From IMG/VR virus record IMGVR_UViG_3300035128_000113: DNA of 45,345 bases. One strand, written 5' to 3'. The stretch comes from a virus. The notes under the pieces were generated by a model. The model saw nothing but the letters and a program-made list of their open reading frames with translations, made no database searches and was not told the DNA's origin. The position numbers and the translations under genes were made by a program. Below, in pieces: positions 1 through 10,450 of the stretch (position 1 is its first letter; each line of letters opens with the position of its first letter).

Positions 1-70
1 TAATGAGATTGTCCAACGGCTGATATAGCCTATCGGCCCCGAACTTAGTGAGGGTATTAAGTAATTCCAT
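1..70 (-). CDS. 5' end of next baseplate/tail gene (partial, runs off the window)
   Basis: ATG at 68-70 overlaps the TAA of baseplate J (TAATG coupling); open frame MELLNTLTKFGADRLYQPLDNLI to the window edge. Confidence 0.55.
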   Translation of the reverse strand, partial: MELLNTLTKFGADRLYQPLDNLI

Positions 71-1836
71 TAATCAGCAACTCTCGGTGTTATGGGTATT
101 TCCTCATCCTCGGATAGCACACAGACTTCATCATAATCCAGATCTATGTTACCCACATAAGCCCCTGTTACTATTTCCCACTTTTCTTTAACCATTGGTG
201 GATATGATCCGCTTGAGATTTTAAAAGAAAAACCTCCGTCATCTGTAGTGTAAGTCGAATCTAACGAACCAACCCCCATCTGCTGCCCATACTGCTCCGA
301 ATACACTTCAAAAGTACTCGGAGTTATAAAGGTTATAGTATGCCTATCCTGTAAGGTCTCCGGTCCAACTTTAATCATCTGAAAAGTTATGTCCGAATTG
401 AGTCCAGACAGCCTTCTCTCTAGGGGTGTTCTTTGAAACCTCAGAGTATTGAGATAATCAACCCCATATGTCTGCTCTATCCGTGCGATTAGACCCGATA
501 CGGGGCACAGCACACCTATCTCCCGACTTTCCGAAGAAAAATAATCCCTAATAGTACTCCGAACTGCGGCCAGCCCGTCTTCAACATGTATCGTACGTAT
601 GAAGAACACCTCGAAAGCCACATTTGCATAAATCGGACGGCATGGCCTAATATCAAGAATAATCGGGACAGTACACAACGTCAGTAAATGCTCTCCTACC
701 TGACCGAGCAGTCCGCTACCTGTTTGTGTCCACTTATTCCAAGTACCTGTAGGAACCGGATTCTCCCCATAAGCCGCAAGCGTTACAATCTCAATCAAAG
801 GGCTTCGAGAATCCCTGCTGGCACTTGCAGAAGCGACCCCTGAAACCTTCATAGCCTGAACAGCAAAATCATCATGCCTTACAGCTCTCTCCATCGAGAT
901 TAAACTCGCCGGAGCATTAACCTTTGCTGTTTCTACTGACTCCTTTTCTTGCCCTCCGGAGGGCCTTAATGGGTTCGTTACGGAATCCACAAAAGTATGC
1001 TGTGCCGGAAACCTTGTGAGCTTATTCGGACCTACCTGATTTCCCTCAACACCCCCACCAACGCGATACTTGAAGACAATATTTCCTACTCCAGCATCCG
1101 GGATTTTCCCCTTCACACCATCGCCAAACTCTACCGTTGTAATATCGTTTTCATCCGTATAAATACGGTAGACTTTATCGGTAGCCGAAGACTCGATAAA
1201 ATTCCCAACTAGCGTCCATATCTCTGCTGGTCCACCCTCTTCAATCCATACTTCAAGACTCGGGCTACCGTCCGGCCCTAACGCCATCGGCGCCGCCTGC
1301 AAGGTAAACTGCTGACCTGCTCCACCGGAACTCGACTGAGGGGTATCCTCCCGGGACTCCCCGTGAACCGCAAGCTGTGCAATATACGTTCCTGCCCCAG
1401 TAGAAACAAAATCTTCATACAACTCAAAGGTTGCCTGCTTTGACCCATCAGAAGTATCTACCTGTATCTTAGTTCCTGCCGGCATCGTGCCACTTCCATT
1501 GGTGACAATAGTCAAATCAACAGAAGCCCCCTGAATCGGCTGAAGCTCATACCCTATCCATCGACAATGCTCAATTACCGAACGTCTCTCTATGCAAGTT
1601 AAGGGTAATGCCTCATTTGCACACCTATCTTGATAGTAAGACAAGTTATCCGCAAAAAATGCCATCACTTCTGTTAACGCTACCCCAAGGTCTAGGGGAG
1701 ACCTATCCGTCCAGTTGGGCAGATATAAATCAGCTAAACCCCCTTCACCAACTATATCGTTCCTAAAACTTTCAAAATCACGGGACTCCAAATTGATGTG
1801 TGCCACATTACCTGAAAGCAGTGTTATTGTAGGCAT
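70..1836 (-). CDS. Baseplate J/gp47-like wedge protein (T4 gp6-like)
   Basis: N-terminal RDFESF..WTD..D.G.AL.E.MAF..D.LSYYQDR.ANE motif; FGDGVKGKIP, YRVGGG.GN and RAV..DF motifs; follows gp25. Confidence 0.92.
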   Translation of the reverse strand: MPTITLLSGNVAHINLESRDFESFRNDIVGEGGLADLYLPNWTDRSPLDLGVALTEVMAFFADNLSYYQDRCANEALPLTCIERRSVIEHCRWIGYELQPIQGASVDLTIVTNGSGTMPAGTKIQVDTSDGSKQATFELYEDFVSTGAGTYIAQLAVHGESREDTPQSSSGGAGQQFTLQAAPMALGPDGSPSLEVWIEEGGPAEIWTLVGNFIESSATDKVYRIYTDENDITTVEFGDGVKGKIPDAGVGNIVFKYRVGGGVEGNQVGPNKLTRFPAQHTFVDSVTNPLRPSGGQEKESVETAKVNAPASLISMERAVRHDDFAVQAMKVSGVASASASRDSRSPLIEIVTLAAYGENPVPTGTWNKWTQTGSGLLGQVGEHLLTLCTVPIILDIRPCRPIYANVAFEVFFIRTIHVEDGLAAVRSTIRDYFSSESREIGVLCPVSGLIARIEQTYGVDYLNTLRFQRTPLERRLSGLNSDITFQMIKVGPETLQDRHTITFITPSTFEVYSEQYGQQMGVGSLDSTYTTDDGGFSFKISSGSYPPMVKEKWEIVTGAYVGNIDLDYDEVCVLSEDEEIPITPRVAD

Positions 1837-1844
1837 CGTGCCTC

Positions 1845-2213
1845 CTAAATTAACCTTAACTCACTATAGACCATTTCACCCGAAAGAGTAAAAACATATG
1901 AAACTTTTACATACACTCGCTGAGTGCCCGACTCTTCTCTAGGGATGACTTCGACCCGTACTCTTGCAGCTCTCGGCTCAAACGAAGTAATGGCTTCCTC
2001 TATCAAATGCCGCAATAGTCCTACCATACTATTAGTTCTGAGCACGGCCATATATCCTACAGTACCCACATCCTTGTAAATCAGTCTTTCATTCACAAAG
2101 GTTAAAATCAAAGCATGCAGATTAGAGGTTATTTTCATACCGGAGTTTACCAAACCCACACCTCCAGCTGGCTGAATACGAAAAGGAAACTTTATACCCT
2201 GCGGATAGTCCAT
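1845..2213 (-). CDS. Baseplate wedge protein, GPW/gp25 family
   Basis: GIKFPF start, LT..NER and AI..FEPR motifs; directly upstream of baseplate J. Confidence 0.88.
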   Translation of the reverse strand: MDYPQGIKFPFRIQPAGGVGLVNSGMKITSNLHALILTFVNERLIYKDVGTVGYMAVLRTNSMVGLLRHLIEEAITSFEPRAARVRVEVIPREESGTQRVYVKVSYVFTLSGEMVYSELRLI

Positions 2214-2219
2214 AATGAA

Positions 2220-3170
2220 TCACTCCGTACTCAACCCCATCAATGTAAACAACAAATCGGCCGGGGTTGATGTGCCTCCTGTAGCCAAGAATACCACACC
2301 TAGGGAGAACTGTGCATCCCGTATGTCCCTAGGCCCTCCAGTAGAATTGATCAGTTGACTCTGTAACCACTCCTTATCCCCTTGTCCATAGATAGGCAGC
2401 ATATAAGCCCCCTCAAACCCCATATTCTGCTCGAACTTGCTGGCAATCGACGCTGCATCGTCAGCAATGGACCTTAATGCTTCCGCTTTTGCCGCAAGCT
2501 GATCGGCGAACATACCGTACAAATCCGAAGCCCCCTGAGCTGCGGCTATCCCCAAAGAGAAGTTGATAAGCAAATCGGCAAGAGTCCCCAACTCAGGAAT
2601 GAAATCAATCATTCGCTTTGACTCCCAATCAGGTGCCCTCCCAACTCCAGGAACTATGGGGATGTCAACTCCGATATCTTTCCAAGCAGCTATTTGGTCT
2701 TCTGTAGGCCCGGCCAGTCCAAACAATCTCAGCATACCATAGAACAAACTCATCAAATCTTTGTAGTATTGGGATGTTGCCATGAAAACTACGGCCCCTA
2801 TATAGGCGTTAGGGTCAACCAATATCGGCCGATTTTCATCATAAACATCGTCCAAAGAACTCGCCACGTCATACAACCACTTCGTAGGACTCGCAGGAAT
2901 CTTAGAAGATAACGGGACATGCTTCAGCATATAAACCCCGGCCTGGGTAAACTGCTGAACAGTGGACATTATCAAATCCTGTAACGAATCTATGACAGAA
3001 GCTAACGGGTCATTATACCCCGAAACAAAATTCTTTATTACATCCAACACTGTTGCCGCAGCATCCAAAACTGTAGCAACCTGGTCTCCAACAGAACTGC
3101 ATGTCGAAGCTAAGTCCATAATTTCATTGGGCATTAAGTCACTTGGATTAAAGCTTTTCCACTCAGCCAT
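2220..3170 (-). CDS. Hypothetical virion/baseplate-region protein (316 aa)
   Basis: Long ORF in the tail operon; start moved to MAEWKS (3170), which has an AGGAG RBS. Confidence 0.7.
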   Translation of the reverse strand: MAEWKSFNPSDLMPNEIMDLASTCSSVGDQVATVLDAAATVLDVIKNFVSGYNDPLASVIDSLQDLIMSTVQQFTQAGVYMLKHVPLSSKIPASPTKWLYDVASSLDDVYDENRPILVDPNAYIGAVVFMATSQYYKDLMSLFYGMLRLFGLAGPTEDQIAAWKDIGVDIPIVPGVGRAPDWESKRMIDFIPELGTLADLLINFSLGIAAAQGASDLYGMFADQLAAKAEALRSIADDAASIASKFEQNMGFEGAYMLPIYGQGDKEWLQSQLINSTGGPRDIRDAQFSLGVVFLATGGTSTPADLLFTLMGLSTE

Positions 3171-3381
3171 GATTATTGCTCCTCTCAACCCTGTCTCGGG
3201 TAACCACTGCAAGAGCTCTTAACTGCTTTTCCAGTTGATTTATTCGATACTCCGCAAGGAATACGACTACATCAACAAAAACTTTAGCTCTTACAGCAAG
3301 GCTCTGGCTTTGTGCTTTTTTGCATCGCCGGGCAATTTCCTTGGCTGTATCTCTCACAATAATTTCATCGAACTTTTTCAT
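3163..3381 (-). CDS. Small hypothetical protein
   Basis: Fills the gap and overlaps both neighbours by a few nt (ATGA coupling upstream). Confidence 0.6.
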   Translation of the reverse strand: MKKFDEIIVRDTAKEIARRCKKAQSQSLAVRAKVFVDVVVFLAEYRINQLEKQLRALAVVTRDRVERSNNHG

Positions 3382-3902
3382 ATTATTGGCAATGGAACCG
3401 GCGTCGTGGCCGGCGGAATCAAAACATTACATAACCACCCATTTAAAAATTTGATTATCTCCGCTGCAACCAAAGGAGCAGTGGGTGTTACCGCCCCTGG
3501 AGCAGCTCCGCTTGTAAATATCGCGGTCAAAGCCGCAGTCAACAACCCCGGAGTAGCCGTCCCTCCGGGTGCAGGAAAAATCGGTGGTACGGCCGAAGGG
3601 GGCGCTACCAAAATAAAAGTTGTAGCCAAACATAAAGCTGTCAAACCCGTCTCGAAAGCTTGAGCTGCATACGCCGCTGTATGAGATAAAAGCGGCTCAG
3701 AAATGAGACCGAACCCCGGATACGATGTCTGCAAAATAACATTCGTTTGATTGGCCGGTTGAGGATACCCTGAAACTTCACAATTCCCCCAAAAATCTTC
3801 TATCAAATCTGCCGTTTCATACACCGTAGTATTCTCATCAGCCCCCTCCCACAAACTTTGAAGATTCCCAGGAAACTGGGCAACTACTGAAAGCATACTC
3901 AT
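3378..3902 (-). CDS. Hypothetical protein following the spike (possible spike-tip/baseplate accessory)
   Basis: Start moved to MSMLSV (3902), which gives an ATGA overlap with the spike stop; Ala/Pro/Thr-rich. Confidence 0.65.
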   Translation of the reverse strand: MSMLSVVAQFPGNLQSLWEGADENTTVYETADLIEDFWGNCEVSGYPQPANQTNVILQTSYPGFGLISEPLLSHTAAYAAQAFETGLTALCLATTFILVAPPSAVPPIFPAPGGTATPGLLTAALTAIFTSGAAPGAVTPTAPLVAAEIIKFLNGWLCNVLIPPATTPVPLPII

Positions 3903-5107
3903 ACGAACTTCCCCATAATAACCGTAGACAAAAAAGTATCTATTTGAGCCGAAATAGCCGCAGCTTCCACCGGAGGACCGCTCGGCCCAGTACCCGTTGG
4001 ATGGGTGTGCAGCAACAATGACGTCGTGATCCAAGTTTTGAACAAATTGCCCAAGACCATCGGCTCAGTCGCGGCAGCCCCGCCTAGAAGGATATTCGCC
4101 GTGGGGGAGTTCCCCTTCAACAACACCTCAGCTTTTGATACCAATCCAGTAGCGTCCGAAGCGGTTAGATGGACATTCCCGTTGTATCCATGAAGCAACA
4201 GAGAATCCGCTGTGGGCAATCCCGTGGCATTGGATACAGCGATTTCCGCGTTCTCTAAAATGGTCATCTGAAGGTTCTGCTGAATCATGAACGCAAGTGC
4301 GCCGTTGAACATCATGCTCCCCTGGCCCCCACACTGCACCGCCCAGGGTCCGGATACCACCTGCGTCTTGGCTTCACTCTTCTGGGAGATGTTCCCCACT
4401 ACCTGAGTCAACTCACCAAAGTTCTGGGTGACCGGCCCCCCATAGGTCTCCGTTCTCTGCGCTTCAGCCGTGAACGTACTCACTCCTTTAATCGAAACTT
4501 CTTCGTTCCCAGCAACTTCTACGGAATGCGCTCCTCCGATGTTCCTCCGGACAGTCCCCGCCGAGGCCTCCTGAAGACTTCCGTCAGCCGTCATTTCTAC
4601 TCGAGTACCCGTTCGATGGCTTATCTGTAAGCGCTCTTCTCCCGGAGTATCGTCGAGCTCTATGAAATTGCCCCCAGACCTATTTTGAATCACCCGGACG
4701 TTGCCGTATTGTCCGGAAAACTGCGTTGGGGGAAGGTTCCCCGTCTCTCGATACACATAATCAGTTTCATCCAACTCCCCCCTAGAGTGCTTCGGAACCA
4801 TGCTCTCCCCGCCGCGTATTCCCCACGACCCCGGAGACCACAGCGGCCGGCTCACATCGCCTTCCTCAAACTCTATCCAAACAAAGTCCTTTTTCTCCGG
4901 AAGCTGAAGGTCTCCCGTATTAACGCCACCCCCAGAAGAGGGGAGGGGGTACGCCCAACCAACATCGTCGTCATTCCCTAAAACTGCTGGAACGACGGCC
5001 TTTATTCGACCAAGCTTCTTGGGGTCTTGAACATCCCGAACATACGCTCGATACTTACCGAAATACCGTTTGGAAAATCTTCTTTTGAACTCATCCGAAC
5101 TAAGCAT
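3899..5107 (-). CDS. Baseplate central spike (gpV/gp5/VgrG-like)
   Basis: OB-fold motifs YFGKYRA.V....DP..LGRIK..VP and VWIEFEEGD..RPLW; ELDDTPGEER; beta-repeat region; C-terminal HTH metal-binding tip (HTHPTGTGPSGPP). Confidence 0.9.
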   Translation of the reverse strand: MLSSDEFKRRFSKRYFGKYRAYVRDVQDPKKLGRIKAVVPAVLGNDDDVGWAYPLPSSGGGVNTGDLQLPEKKDFVWIEFEEGDVSRPLWSPGSWGIRGGESMVPKHSRGELDETDYVYRETGNLPPTQFSGQYGNVRVIQNRSGGNFIELDDTPGEERLQISHRTGTRVEMTADGSLQEASAGTVRRNIGGAHSVEVAGNEEVSIKGVSTFTAEAQRTETYGGPVTQNFGELTQVVGNISQKSEAKTQVVSGPWAVQCGGQGSMMFNGALAFMIQQNLQMTILENAEIAVSNATGLPTADSLLLHGYNGNVHLTASDATGLVSKAEVLLKGNSPTANILLGGAAATEPMVLGNLFKTWITTSLLLHTHPTGTGPSGPPVEAAAISAQIDTFLSTVIMGKFV

Positions 5108-6593
5108 TATCAACCTTATTCACAATACCGACTCGATCCAATTCTGGCTCATATGTCTTTTCAGCTCTCCCTGAAATAGACGCCCTACCGTTTCTAACTT
5201 GTTCCTCCTGTCTAGCAATTCTCTGTATAGCCTGTCTGCTTGGCCCTCTAGCTCTTTTTATGGCAGTTAACCGGGTTTTAAACGGCATCCCACGCCGACT
5301 GAAAATATGCTCCACTTCTTTTATCAAGTAATCTCCGTCATAAATGCTTACCCCAGCAACCGTTACTTTCTCCCCCGGACGAAATCGAACTGAAGCGAGA
5401 TTCAATACAATCTTAGCCGTTACTGTTTCAGTTACCGCTAATCTGGCTTTCTTGCGACGAGCAAGCTCCTCAAGCGTTGCCGGTGTTGCCCATGTAGTCT
5501 CGGCATTCTCTAACTCCCAAACCTCATCATAAATTGACTGGGGGGCATCTGGGTTATCACTTAAATTTGGGTCCGTATGTAACTCCACGTCCTTTTCAAT
5601 CTGCCGTGTATACCATTGGCTCTCAGCTCGATTAAAACTCTCATTGGTTGTCTGGTATCCCGTTCCAGCTGCCCAACTGATAAGCCGTTCAGAACTATCT
5701 ACAGCTTCATGATAGAACTTTCGAAACCCTTCACCTACGTTCTTCGCTAAAAGTGACCCCAAATTCTCTTCTATCAATACCGCAAGCTCAGCCTCATTTT
5801 TATGCTCAGCAAACAGCTCTTGTCTTTCTGCCTCGGACATATCCTTGGCTAACATGTCTTCTAGGATGCCTCCACCTTTGTCGTTATCCGCCCCAAAATC
5901 TATATTACTGTCCTGCTTATTGGCCCCCTTTTTCTTGCCGTTTTTAGAGTATTTAACGTCAGGAGCAAAGGAAGATATCGAATAATCATTTATTCTATAA
6001 GATATTACTTCAGGCTCGGCTTTCTTTTTCATCTGCCTATCTGCTGGCCGTTTAAATACAAGGTTCCCACCGGAAACTCCCCAGACATACCCATAACGAT
6101 CGGCCAGTAACTGTAGCAGCGTGGCGTCCGAATACGATGCCTGATTCAAGGGGAAATCATCTGTAAACTCCAAACCGTCTATTGAATCTATATCATACCC
6201 CAGTCCATGTTCTTTTGCTATCTTCTTTAGGATACTAGCAGCCGTCCCGATATGCTTCCGCTTTTTCTGCTTCTTATCAAGCTTGTGACTTAAATCCTGG
6301 AAGTCTACCGTGAACCTTGGCTCACCATTCGCAGGAAAAATCATACTATTCGACTTTACTAAGTACGCACCCTTTAACTCTACGTCATTAACCCATCCAA
6401 CTATAAAGTGTAATAAACTACCTTTTTTAAAGACATTTGTGGAACCAATCCAAGCTCTGGGGTCACTAAATACCACCTTCCCAGAATTAGCCTTTTTTAA
6501 ATGGTCAGTAAACCTTATGGACATAACCCTTTTAACGACATCTTCAGAGACTCTACGACCATTAACCCAGATAGAAATAAATATTTCTTTCAT
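5100..6593 (-). CDS. Baseplate hub / phage late control D-like protein
   Basis: IAKEHGL, Q..SD..LL..LA.RYG and PG..V.V.GV..YDG.Y.I..VEH motifs; between LysM and spike genes. Confidence 0.85.
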   Translation of the reverse strand: MKEIFISIWVNGRRVSEDVVKRVMSIRFTDHLKKANSGKVVFSDPRAWIGSTNVFKKGSLLHFIVGWVNDVELKGAYLVKSNSMIFPANGEPRFTVDFQDLSHKLDKKQKKRKHIGTAASILKKIAKEHGLGYDIDSIDGLEFTDDFPLNQASYSDATLLQLLADRYGYVWGVSGGNLVFKRPADRQMKKKAEPEVISYRINDYSISSFAPDVKYSKNGKKKGANKQDSNIDFGADNDKGGGILEDMLAKDMSEAERQELFAEHKNEAELAVLIEENLGSLLAKNVGEGFRKFYHEAVDSSERLISWAAGTGYQTTNESFNRAESQWYTRQIEKDVELHTDPNLSDNPDAPQSIYDEVWELENAETTWATPATLEELARRKKARLAVTETVTAKIVLNLASVRFRPGEKVTVAGVSIYDGDYLIKEVEHIFSRRGMPFKTRLTAIKRARGPSRQAIQRIARQEEQVRNGRASISGRAEKTYEPELDRVGIVNKVDNA

Positions 6594-6886
6594 GAGAGTA
6601 ACGCCTGGGCTTTTGAAGGTATTACAATTCTATCACCAGCTCTTAAGCTTAAAGGCCAGAATATATGGGGGTTCGCATCAGCTAACACCCACCACTTTCT
6701 TCCATTACCTAGATATTTCGCCGCAAGACTCTCAAAAGTATCCCCGGCTTTCACTACATATGACTGTGTTTCATCGAGTGAAACTGTAGTAGTTGGCCGC
6801 ATTCTCAAAAGGCCGACACTCTCGCCGGAAGATACTACATAATTAATCTTCCCAACTGTAATGTATCTTGAACTTACTGTAAGCAC
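6590..6886 (-). CDS. LysM-domain baseplate protein (gpX/gp53-like)
   Basis: YVVKAGDTFESLAAKYLGNGRKWWVLADANP...LRAGDRIVIP. Confidence 0.9.
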   Translation of the reverse strand: MLTVSSRYITVGKINYVVSSGESVGLLRMRPTTTVSLDETQSYVVKAGDTFESLAAKYLGNGRKWWVLADANPHIFWPLSLRAGDRIVIPSKAQALLS

Positions 6887-7434
6887 TACGCCCTCCTTGC
6901 TACTAACACCTTACGAGCTAACTCTGAATTCTTGTTCAATGAATTTAGCATTTGTGAAGTATCTACATAGGTGGATGTAAGCTTCAAATCCACATACGCT
7001 CTGGTCGGATGCATTTCACTATTTCGTCTAACGACTCTAACGTTAACACTATTGACCACAACATAATAAGCATCCTCACCGATACCAAAAAGCGTTAACG
7101 GCGGCGAAGCTACTTGCCCCATATCCGCACAATAGATTTCCGGATAGGGCATAGTAAAACTGTCCAACGCCGCAATGTCCGCTCCTACCCCCTGCTTATC
7201 TGGGTCATAGTTCTCCGTCGCATCTAGAAAAAGCTGAAGACTGAAGGCTTCCCTAGAAAGCCGTATGAAGATGGCTTCAGGCAAAAGCGGCCCTACGACA
7301 GCCCACGCCCAAGCAACTTCACGGGTCTTTTCATCCTCAGAGGGATTGAATTGAAACTCATAGACATACGTTACTTCCCCCTCCAGAATTTTCGCTAGAT
7401 ATGCCCTCTCGGCCCTGGTTCCGTTTACCCTCAT
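6886..7434 (-). CDS. Tail tube initiator / CIS tube-like protein
   Basis: FQFNP, L.LFLDAT, PP...FG.G and P.RA.VDL.L motifs; between tape measure and LysM genes. Confidence 0.75.
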   Translation of the reverse strand: MRVNGTRAERAYLAKILEGEVTYVYEFQFNPSEDEKTREVAWAWAVVGPLLPEAIFIRLSREAFSLQLFLDATENYDPDKQGVGADIAALDSFTMPYPEIYCADMGQVASPPLTLFGIGEDAYYVVVNSVNVRVVRRNSEMHPTRAYVDLKLTSTYVDTSQMLNSLNKNSELARKVLVARRA

Positions 7435-10271
7435 ACAAACCCCACTTCCTGCTCTTCATCTAGCATCGTCCGTATCCGTTCGATAATCTGCTCAGCAAGA
7501 CTTTCAGCTTCTTCCGGAGTGGCCTCCGCAACATTGAACTCCATCTTTTGAATCGTAATTACCGTTCCACCTCGACTGTTGGAAATAGAAGCCTTCCGGT
7601 CCTCAGCACCTTCACCCTTCGGGAGAACTCCGTCAGGCTTGGCATATGCCCCGGCAAGTCCTTCCCCGTCCGGCGCTGTGCCCTCAAGGACTCGAGTAAC
7701 TCTTCCCTGAAGCTCCGGAGCCCCTTGCTCTATGCCTTCACCAAAAGCCCTAGAGAATCCCTGCCCCGCTCGGGTGAGAGTGGATAAGGGACCTACTTTA
7801 GCGTCCGAACCCGGGAGCCTGTCCCGAATCCACTGCAACGCCCCACTAAACCATTCCTTAACCGCTTCCCACCTGCTCCGGATAGCATCAAAGAAGGCCT
7901 GTATGAACCCGCTCGCAGCCTGTGCTGCACGGGTCTTCAAACTCATTAAATATCCGACAGCCTTATTAAAACTATCACGAATGAATATACCCACTCCTAC
8001 TATAGGATTAGCGACTGCTCGGAATATCCCCACAGCTAATTTTACTAGAGAAACTTTGAGCTTCAAGAAAGCAACATAGAAATAAACTCCGAATGCAAAG
8101 GCCTTCTCTCTTAACCATAAAAACAACTGATAAATCTTAAACGCAACCCAACCTATTAGAGTACCCAATCCGACAAAAATTTTACGCAATATCCAAAATA
8201 CACCATAGATAACTGCTGCTACAATTAATACCTTCGCCGCGAGAATAACAAACGGCAATGCCAATAATGCCACCTTAACTATCAATGCAGTTAGAACCAC
8301 CGAAGCTATCCACCCCAGTATAAACCCGAAAGCTCTCCATCCTTTTGCCACTTCGTAAACGTCCTTCATCGGACCCCAAGACTCAAACAATCTTCTGAAG
8401 GCATCGATAACATAGCTTATAACCAACTGAACGGGATACAACACTAACGCTATCGACTTAAACCCATAAATCAACCCGTCTATAAACCCACTGAAGACGG
8501 CAACAATCCGATTCTTAATCCCAATGATAGTGGTAACGATTCCGTAAAGCCCCATGGCTTTCAGGGCTTTAACCGTTTGCTCTTTACCTTCTTCCCCGGA
8601 CCAAAGCTCTGTAATCCCCTTCTTTATCATTGAGAAAGTCTTCATCAATCTTTGGAAGGACTTCGCAATCTCTAAATTACCCGTCATTAGATACTTAAAT
8701 ATCTTTATTACGCCGTACAAAGCCACGAATACGACCGCGACAGCTCCGGCAATCAGAATCAAAGGCCACAACATGGCCTGCAAGGCCCCAAATCCTATTG
8801 CAGCGATGCCGGCGGCGCCCCCTGCCGCAGCGACTGCGGGAGCTACCACCGTAGACCAAAACAACAGCCCGGCGAAGGCTAGAATGACCAACCCAGCAAC
8901 CTTGGCAGCTATCATCAAAGCTGCCGCAGTGCCCATCAAAGCCTTGGCAAACGTCGGGTTTTCTTCGATGAACTCCAAGAAAGCCCCCAACACCTTCTTC
9001 CAAACACCCCCAAACTTATGCAAATACGGTATCAAAGTCTTTCCCAGAGCGATATTGATCGTATCCTTTGTGCCTTGAATAAACACTTCCAAACCGACTT
9101 GCGTGTCCTCGAACGCCATAGCCGCTTCCCGTGAAGCCCCGCCGGACTTCTCTAGGGTATGAACTAAGTCTTCAAACGCTGCCCTGCCAGTAAGAGAACC
9201 TCTCTTCATATCCCGAAGCGCGGTAATAAGGGGGCCTCCCCTAGCTCCAAACACCGTAGAAGCTGTTACCAAAAAACTCTTAGCACTCTCCCCGGATAAC
9301 TTCGTCGAAGCATCGATCAACTCCCCAAAGAACTGAGTCATGTTCTTCAGGTTGCCGTTAACGTCGAACATCGAAACGCCCAGCTTCTGAAAAGCCTTTA
9401 CCGTTTGGGGCATCTTCTTGTCGGTATAACCGGCCAGTAAATCTTGCTCAGAAATATTATTCTTCTCTAAATACTTCTCCAACCTTCGATAGACCACAAG
9501 GAACTTGTTGGCAAACATATCCACCGTCTGACCAGCCTGAGCAGCTTGCATACCGGCGTTTTTCAACACACCGACTAGAGCGATCGCCTCCGACGAGGTG
9601 GCCCTAATCTTTGCCGGCGCATCCCGCAAAGAGTTGATGAAAATGGGCAAGTCATGGAACTGAAGGTTCGTTTCTCGCGTCGCATTGGCAAACGTATCCA
9701 TAATATCCCGGGCGGTTTCCCCCGTATGGCTGAACTTCAACAACGCCGCCGCGGTGGCCGTGGCACCCGTCTGCAAATCAAGCAACCCCGCAGAACCCGT
9801 CACTGTGTCGAGAGTAGCACTCAAACTCTTAAGAGATGTCTCGGTAGACAAACCCGCTGCCTTCAACATCCGGATGGCCGCAGCCGCCTCCTGCGGAGAA
9901 AACTGGGTCTCTAAACCGGTCTTCAAAGCAACCTGCTCGAGCTCCCTCAACTCATCCTCAGTTGCCTTCGAAACAAACCGCAACTGAGACATCTCCACCT
10001 GGAAAGACTTCGCTTGGTCTATCGCCGGAGTGATAGCTGCATCTAAAGCCTTCCCAACCCCCATCGCAGCCGTTCCCAAAGCGCCTACGCCAAGACTCGC
10101 ATTCATCGAGTCTTTCATTGCGTTACCAGCTTCGGAAACCTTCCGCTGCGTGGTGTGCACATTGTTTTGGATTTTTTGAAGCGAACTCTCGGCTACGGAG
10201 GCCCCTGTCACTAACCCTTCAGCGTCTAACTGAAGCCTAATCCCCAAAAGCATCTGACTACCGGCACTCAT
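7431..10271 (-). CDS. Tail tape measure protein (TP901-family core)
   Basis: 946 aa Ala/Gly-rich helical protein; T.FSPQEAA motif; hydrophobic segments; LPGSDAKVGPLS.LT motif. Confidence 0.93.
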   Translation of the reverse strand: MSAGSQMLLGIRLQLDAEGLVTGASVAESSLQKIQNNVHTTQRKVSEAGNAMKDSMNASLGVGALGTAAMGVGKALDAAITPAIDQAKSFQVEMSQLRFVSKATEDELRELEQVALKTGLETQFSPQEAAAAIRMLKAAGLSTETSLKSLSATLDTVTGSAGLLDLQTGATATAAALLKFSHTGETARDIMDTFANATRETNLQFHDLPIFINSLRDAPAKIRATSSEAIALVGVLKNAGMQAAQAGQTVDMFANKFLVVYRRLEKYLEKNNISEQDLLAGYTDKKMPQTVKAFQKLGVSMFDVNGNLKNMTQFFGELIDASTKLSGESAKSFLVTASTVFGARGGPLITALRDMKRGSLTGRAAFEDLVHTLEKSGGASREAAMAFEDTQVGLEVFIQGTKDTINIALGKTLIPYLHKFGGVWKKVLGAFLEFIEENPTFAKALMGTAAALMIAAKVAGLVILAFAGLLFWSTVVAPAVAAAGGAAGIAAIGFGALQAMLWPLILIAGAVAVVFVALYGVIKIFKYLMTGNLEIAKSFQRLMKTFSMIKKGITELWSGEEGKEQTVKALKAMGLYGIVTTIIGIKNRIVAVFSGFIDGLIYGFKSIALVLYPVQLVISYVIDAFRRLFESWGPMKDVYEVAKGWRAFGFILGWIASVVLTALIVKVALLALPFVILAAKVLIVAAVIYGVFWILRKIFVGLGTLIGWVAFKIYQLFLWLREKAFAFGVYFYVAFLKLKVSLVKLAVGIFRAVANPIVGVGIFIRDSFNKAVGYLMSLKTRAAQAASGFIQAFFDAIRSRWEAVKEWFSGALQWIRDRLPGSDAKVGPLSTLTRAGQGFSRAFGEGIEQGAPELQGRVTRVLEGTAPDGEGLAGAYAKPDGVLPKGEGAEDRKASISNSRGGTVITIQKMEFNVAEATPEEAESLAEQIIERIRTMLDEEQEVGFV

Positions 10272-10450
10272 CGCTTGCCTTCTTCCTTTCGCCGATCACG
10301 GTTGATTAACTCGGTGTATCGATTAAGCCGTCTTATCGGCAATCGTAAAATTTCAGACTCAGACCAACCGTAACGATGTGCTAGGTAGTTCACACACTCA
10401 TAAAGATTATCTAGGGCTTTCTCGCTCTCCGCCGCCGTCCGTCGAAAAAA
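10268..10450 (-). CDS. -1 frameshift extension of the tail assembly chaperone (gpGT / P2 E+E'-like, DUF6760-like)
   Basis: Slippery T TTT TTC at 10444-10450; the -1 frame reads FFRRTAAESEKALDNLYECVNYLAHRYGWSESEILRLPIRRLNRYTELINRDRRKEEGKR* and its TGA overlaps the tape measure ATG. Confidence 0.8.
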   Translation of the reverse strand, partial: FFRRTAAESEKALDNLYECVNYLAHRYGWSESEILRLPIRRLNRYTELINRDRRKEEGKR